Of a stretch of 64,000 nucleotides of DNA, positions 61,380 to 64,000 are shown one piece after another; positions within the stretch are counted from its first letter, which is position 1; each line of letters opens with the position of its first letter. The position numbers were made by a program, and so were the translations under genes. The DNA is from a virus. Taxonomy: Duplodnaviria; Caudoviricetes. The notes beneath the pieces were generated by a model that searched no databases, had not been told where the DNA came from, and saw only the letters and a program-made list of their open reading frames with translations. The stretch covers positions 25,816 through 89,815 of the IMG/VR virus record IMGVR_UViG_3300017912_001009. One strand, given 5' to 3'.

Positions 61380-64000
61380 TCATGCTACTGTAAAGTATGC
61401 CGTCATCCTTGCAGGGCCGATTTGGGTATCTGTGAATCCACTCAGCCCAGTTGTTCTCAAGTTGAAAGTATCTCCTGCTGAGTACGATACTCCAGTTCCG
61501 CTAAGTGAAGAGAATGATTTTGTAAAGGCATTACCGCCTGTTCCACTTGCATTAAACGAGACAGTGGTAGTCGTTGATGCTCTGTTCTTGAACACCGTAA
61601 GTGTCTGATTGCTGGAATTGGTTTCTGAACCCTTATTTCCAAAGGTAAAATCCAATCTTGACAACGTGCAAGCAACGGGCAATGCAATACCAAAGTCAGA
61701 ACCGCTTGAGGACTTGGTAGTGTTTTGCGCTCCATTGCCGTATGAGAATTGATAACCATTAGCGTTACCGGCGGAGGCTGTGGATGTGATATAATCATCC
61801 GACTCTTCACCGAAAATAACGAAGGTATTGGTGTCTGAGCCACCACCACTTACTGTTGTAAAGGCTAATGTTCCATTACCATCGGTAGTTAGAACCTGTC
61901 CATCACTACCATCCGATGTGGGGAATGTGTATTCATCGTTGAACTTAATAGCACCAGTAGGTGCTATTCTTATTCTTTCAACAGCATTCTCATGTCCTGC
62001 TGAGTTTCCTGTTTTGAGAACTATTCCTGACCCTGAAGCGTTAGTTGCTGCTGAGTTAGCGATAATCAGTGTGTTATTGTCAGTTGCATCATCATGGAAG
62101 ACATCAGATGAATGCCCAATAGATGAGTGTGTTGTGCTTCCATCCAATACGAATTCCATGTACGGTTGGTCTAATTCACCTGAGTTGTCTGAATCTGCCC
62201 TCAGTGATAATACTGCATCTCCTGTTCCACCACTTACTACCAGTGTGCTACCATCCCAAGTAAGATTTGCTTCTGCATTCATTGCATCTGTGCCTGTTGC
62301 AGTTACAATTCTGTTATTTGCTCCATTAGCCATGAAGTCAGACACATCAACTGAGATTGCATCTGCTGCTACATCTATTCCAGTTCCTGCACCAATGTTG
62401 AGTGTTGCAGAACCAGTAGTTGCTCCACCAGTTAGACCGTTACCTGCTACAACTGCGGTGATATCTCCGCTTCCACCACCTACTCCTGCTATCTCTGAAT
62501 CGACATATGCTTTGATAGACTGTTGAGTTGCTAAAGCAGAATTGGAATCAGAAGCCATGTCATCCTCATCTAAAATAGAACTGAAAACTTGACCGTTAAG
62601 GCTGATTGAATTTGATGCGAGAATCTTTGTCGCAGTTAATGTATCAGTAGAAGGATTGTATCTGAAAGCACCATCTTTTGCTAATGTCCCATCACTTCTA
62701 AGGAATGGAATAGTATTGTTGGCATTCGTAGATTCATCAAGAGTGACTGTGACTGTTGCTGCATTACCTGTTGTATCCTGATTCAATGTACCGACTACCA
62801 AATCTATTGTACCGTCACCGTCTTGGTATGTTGCCGTTATACCTGTCTCAGTGTTACTAGAGAACATGCCTCCAACGATATCTTGTACTTGCTCATTAGA
62901 CAACTGCGTATCTGTGTTGGTGGTAAAAGTTAGGTTGTTCTGCATGTATGTCTGCAACACAGATGTATCCATTCTCTTTAGTGTTCCAGCATCACTTATG
63001 ACAAACTCATCCGTTGATGCAAGACCGCTCGTAAGTGCAGTCGCACCTGTGATATCTGAAACAGAGAAGTTCATGTCATCTGCAACTAGGTCTATTGTTC
63101 CATCACCATCCTGATACGTTGCCGATATTCTAGTTTCCGTGTTACTGCTAAACATAGCACCGACAATATCTTGAACCTGTTCAGTCGTCAATGTTGCAGT
63201 AATAAATCCTGAAGAACTATTATCATAATTTGACAAATCATTGTCTACTACTAGGTCAATTGTGCCATCGCCATCTTGATATGTAGCGGTAATCAGAGTC
63301 TCAGTATTTGATGAAAACATTCCTCCTGCAATATCTTGTACTTGTTCATTGGAAAGTTGCGTATTTGTGTTTGTTGTGAACGTTAGATTGTTCTGCATAT
63401 ATGTCTTCAATCTAGACATAGTAGCCTTCCTGTTTGTTCCACCAGCCCCGTTATCCACTATCATCAGGTCTGCATCAACTAGAGCCTCACCAATATCGGT
63501 CATACCATCGATATCAAGTCCCACAGTAACTGTATCAGTAGCACCTACGACTGTGGCAATACCATCACCGCCAGCAATGTCAAGGGTATTACCGTGAGCA
63601 ATTGTCTGATTGCTACCGGAATCACCTGTCAGTGTAAATGTGGTTAGTTGGTTTGTATTTGTATCGGTAGTCATATCATCTACAACTAGGTCTATCGTAC
63701 CGTCGCCATCTTGGTAAGTCGCAGTTATTCTTGTTTCAGTATTAGAACTAAACATGGCTCCGACTATATCCTGAACCTCTTCTGTTGTTAACTGTGTATC
63801 AGATAACTGACTAGTCAAAGCAACTGTTCCGGTAGCATCCGGTAGAGTGATTGTTCTATCAGCAGTAGGGTCAGTTATGGTTAGAGTTGTCTCGTTAGTA
63901 TCAGAGGTAGCACCCTCAAACACGATTGCATTTGCTGCTTCCATAGTCACAGTATCAACAGTCGTTGTTGTTCCAGCAACATTCAGGTTAGGCACAAGTA
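61380..64000 (-). CDS. Tail fibre/receptor-binding protein, 5'-truncated
   Basis: Frame open to window edge; T/D/G/S-rich; TITDPTADRTITLPDATGTVAL motif; four approx. 37-aa repeats. Confidence 0.85.
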   Translation of the reverse strand, partial: LVPNLNVAGTTTTVDTVTMEAANAIVFEGATSDTNETTLTITDPTADRTITLPDATGTVALTSQLSDTQLTTEEVQDIVGAMFSSNTETRITATYQDGDGTIDLVVDDMTTDTNTNQLTTFTLTGDSGSNQTIAHGNTLDIAGGDGIATVVGATDTVTVGLDIDGMTDIGEALVDADLMIVDNGAGGTNRKATMSRLKTYMQNNLTFTTNTNTQLSNEQVQDIAGGMFSSNTETLITATYQDGDGTIDLVVDNDLSNYDNSSSGFITATLTTEQVQDIVGAMFSSNTETRISATYQDGDGTIDLVADDMNFSVSDITGATALTSGLASTDEFVISDAGTLKRMDTSVLQTYMQNNLTFTTNTDTQLSNEQVQDIVGGMFSSNTETGITATYQDGDGTIDLVVGTLNQDTTGNAATVTVTLDESTNANNTIPFLRSDGTLAKDGAFRYNPSTDTLTATKILASNSISLNGQVFSSILDEDDMASDSNSALATQQSIKAYVDSEIAGVGGGSGDITAVVAGNGLTGGATTGSATLNIGAGTGIDVAADAISVDVSDFMANGANNRIVTATGTDAMNAEANLTWDGSTLVVSGGTGDAVLSLRADSDNSGELDQPYMEFVLDGSTTHSSIGHSSDVFHDDATDNNTLIIANSAATNASGSGIVLKTGNSAGHENAVERIRIAPTGAIKFNDEYTFPTSDGSDGQVLTTDGNGTLAFTTVSGGGSDTNTFVIFGEESDDYITSTASAGNANGYQFSYGNGAQNTTKSSSGSDFGIALPVACTLSRLDFTFGNKGSETNSSNQTLTVFKNRASTTTTVSFNASGTGGNAFTKSFSSLSGTGVSYSAGDTFNLRTTGLSGFTDTQIGPARMTAYFTVA

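Noticed and set aside
1-64000. Integrated provirus or cellular flanks
   Set aside because: No integrase, att site or host housekeeping genes; both edges fall inside virion genes.

Overview
The window is about 64 kb of a tailed dsDNA archaeal virus genome with an HK97-type head. Gene content and AGGTGA/GGAGG ribosome-binding sites point to a magrovirus-like virus of Marine Group II Euryarchaeota (Poseidoniales). This assignment is inferred from recalled family motifs; no database search was run. Layout: (1) 1-25.7 kb, minus strand: head and packaging module with MCP, prohead protease-scaffold, a head-module DNA ligase, many small proteins, portal, a LAGLIDADG protein, TerL and a TerS candidate. 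(2) 25.7-29.5 kb: small minus-strand genes, each cassette behind a repeated hairpin + palindrome + promoter element. (3) 29.5-30.9 kb: strand switch with an AT-rich iteron-like region and a hairpin-dense non-coding stretch. (4) 30-60 kb, plus strand: class II RNR, viral TFB, DenV-like glycosylase, a second ligase, RFC, RPA-like, RecA-like, PCNA, split PolB, Cas4-like nuclease, primase, ERCC4 nuclease, MCM-like helicase. (5) 61-64 kb: tail fibre, cut by the window edge. Best candidates for undescribed biology: (a) a virus-encoded ubiquitin/SAMP-like system (Ubl ending GG-Y, E1/ThiF, JAMM protease, possible E2); (b) a portable W-x-D-x-[LIV]-K tag on about a dozen unrelated proteins, resembling the scaffold C-terminus and possibly a capsid-targeting/processing signal; (c) repeated promoter cassettes with a fixed 27-nt spacing to leaderless starts; (d) a PolB split by two small membrane-protein genes; (e) a ligase plus degenerate phosphoesterase encoded inside the head module.
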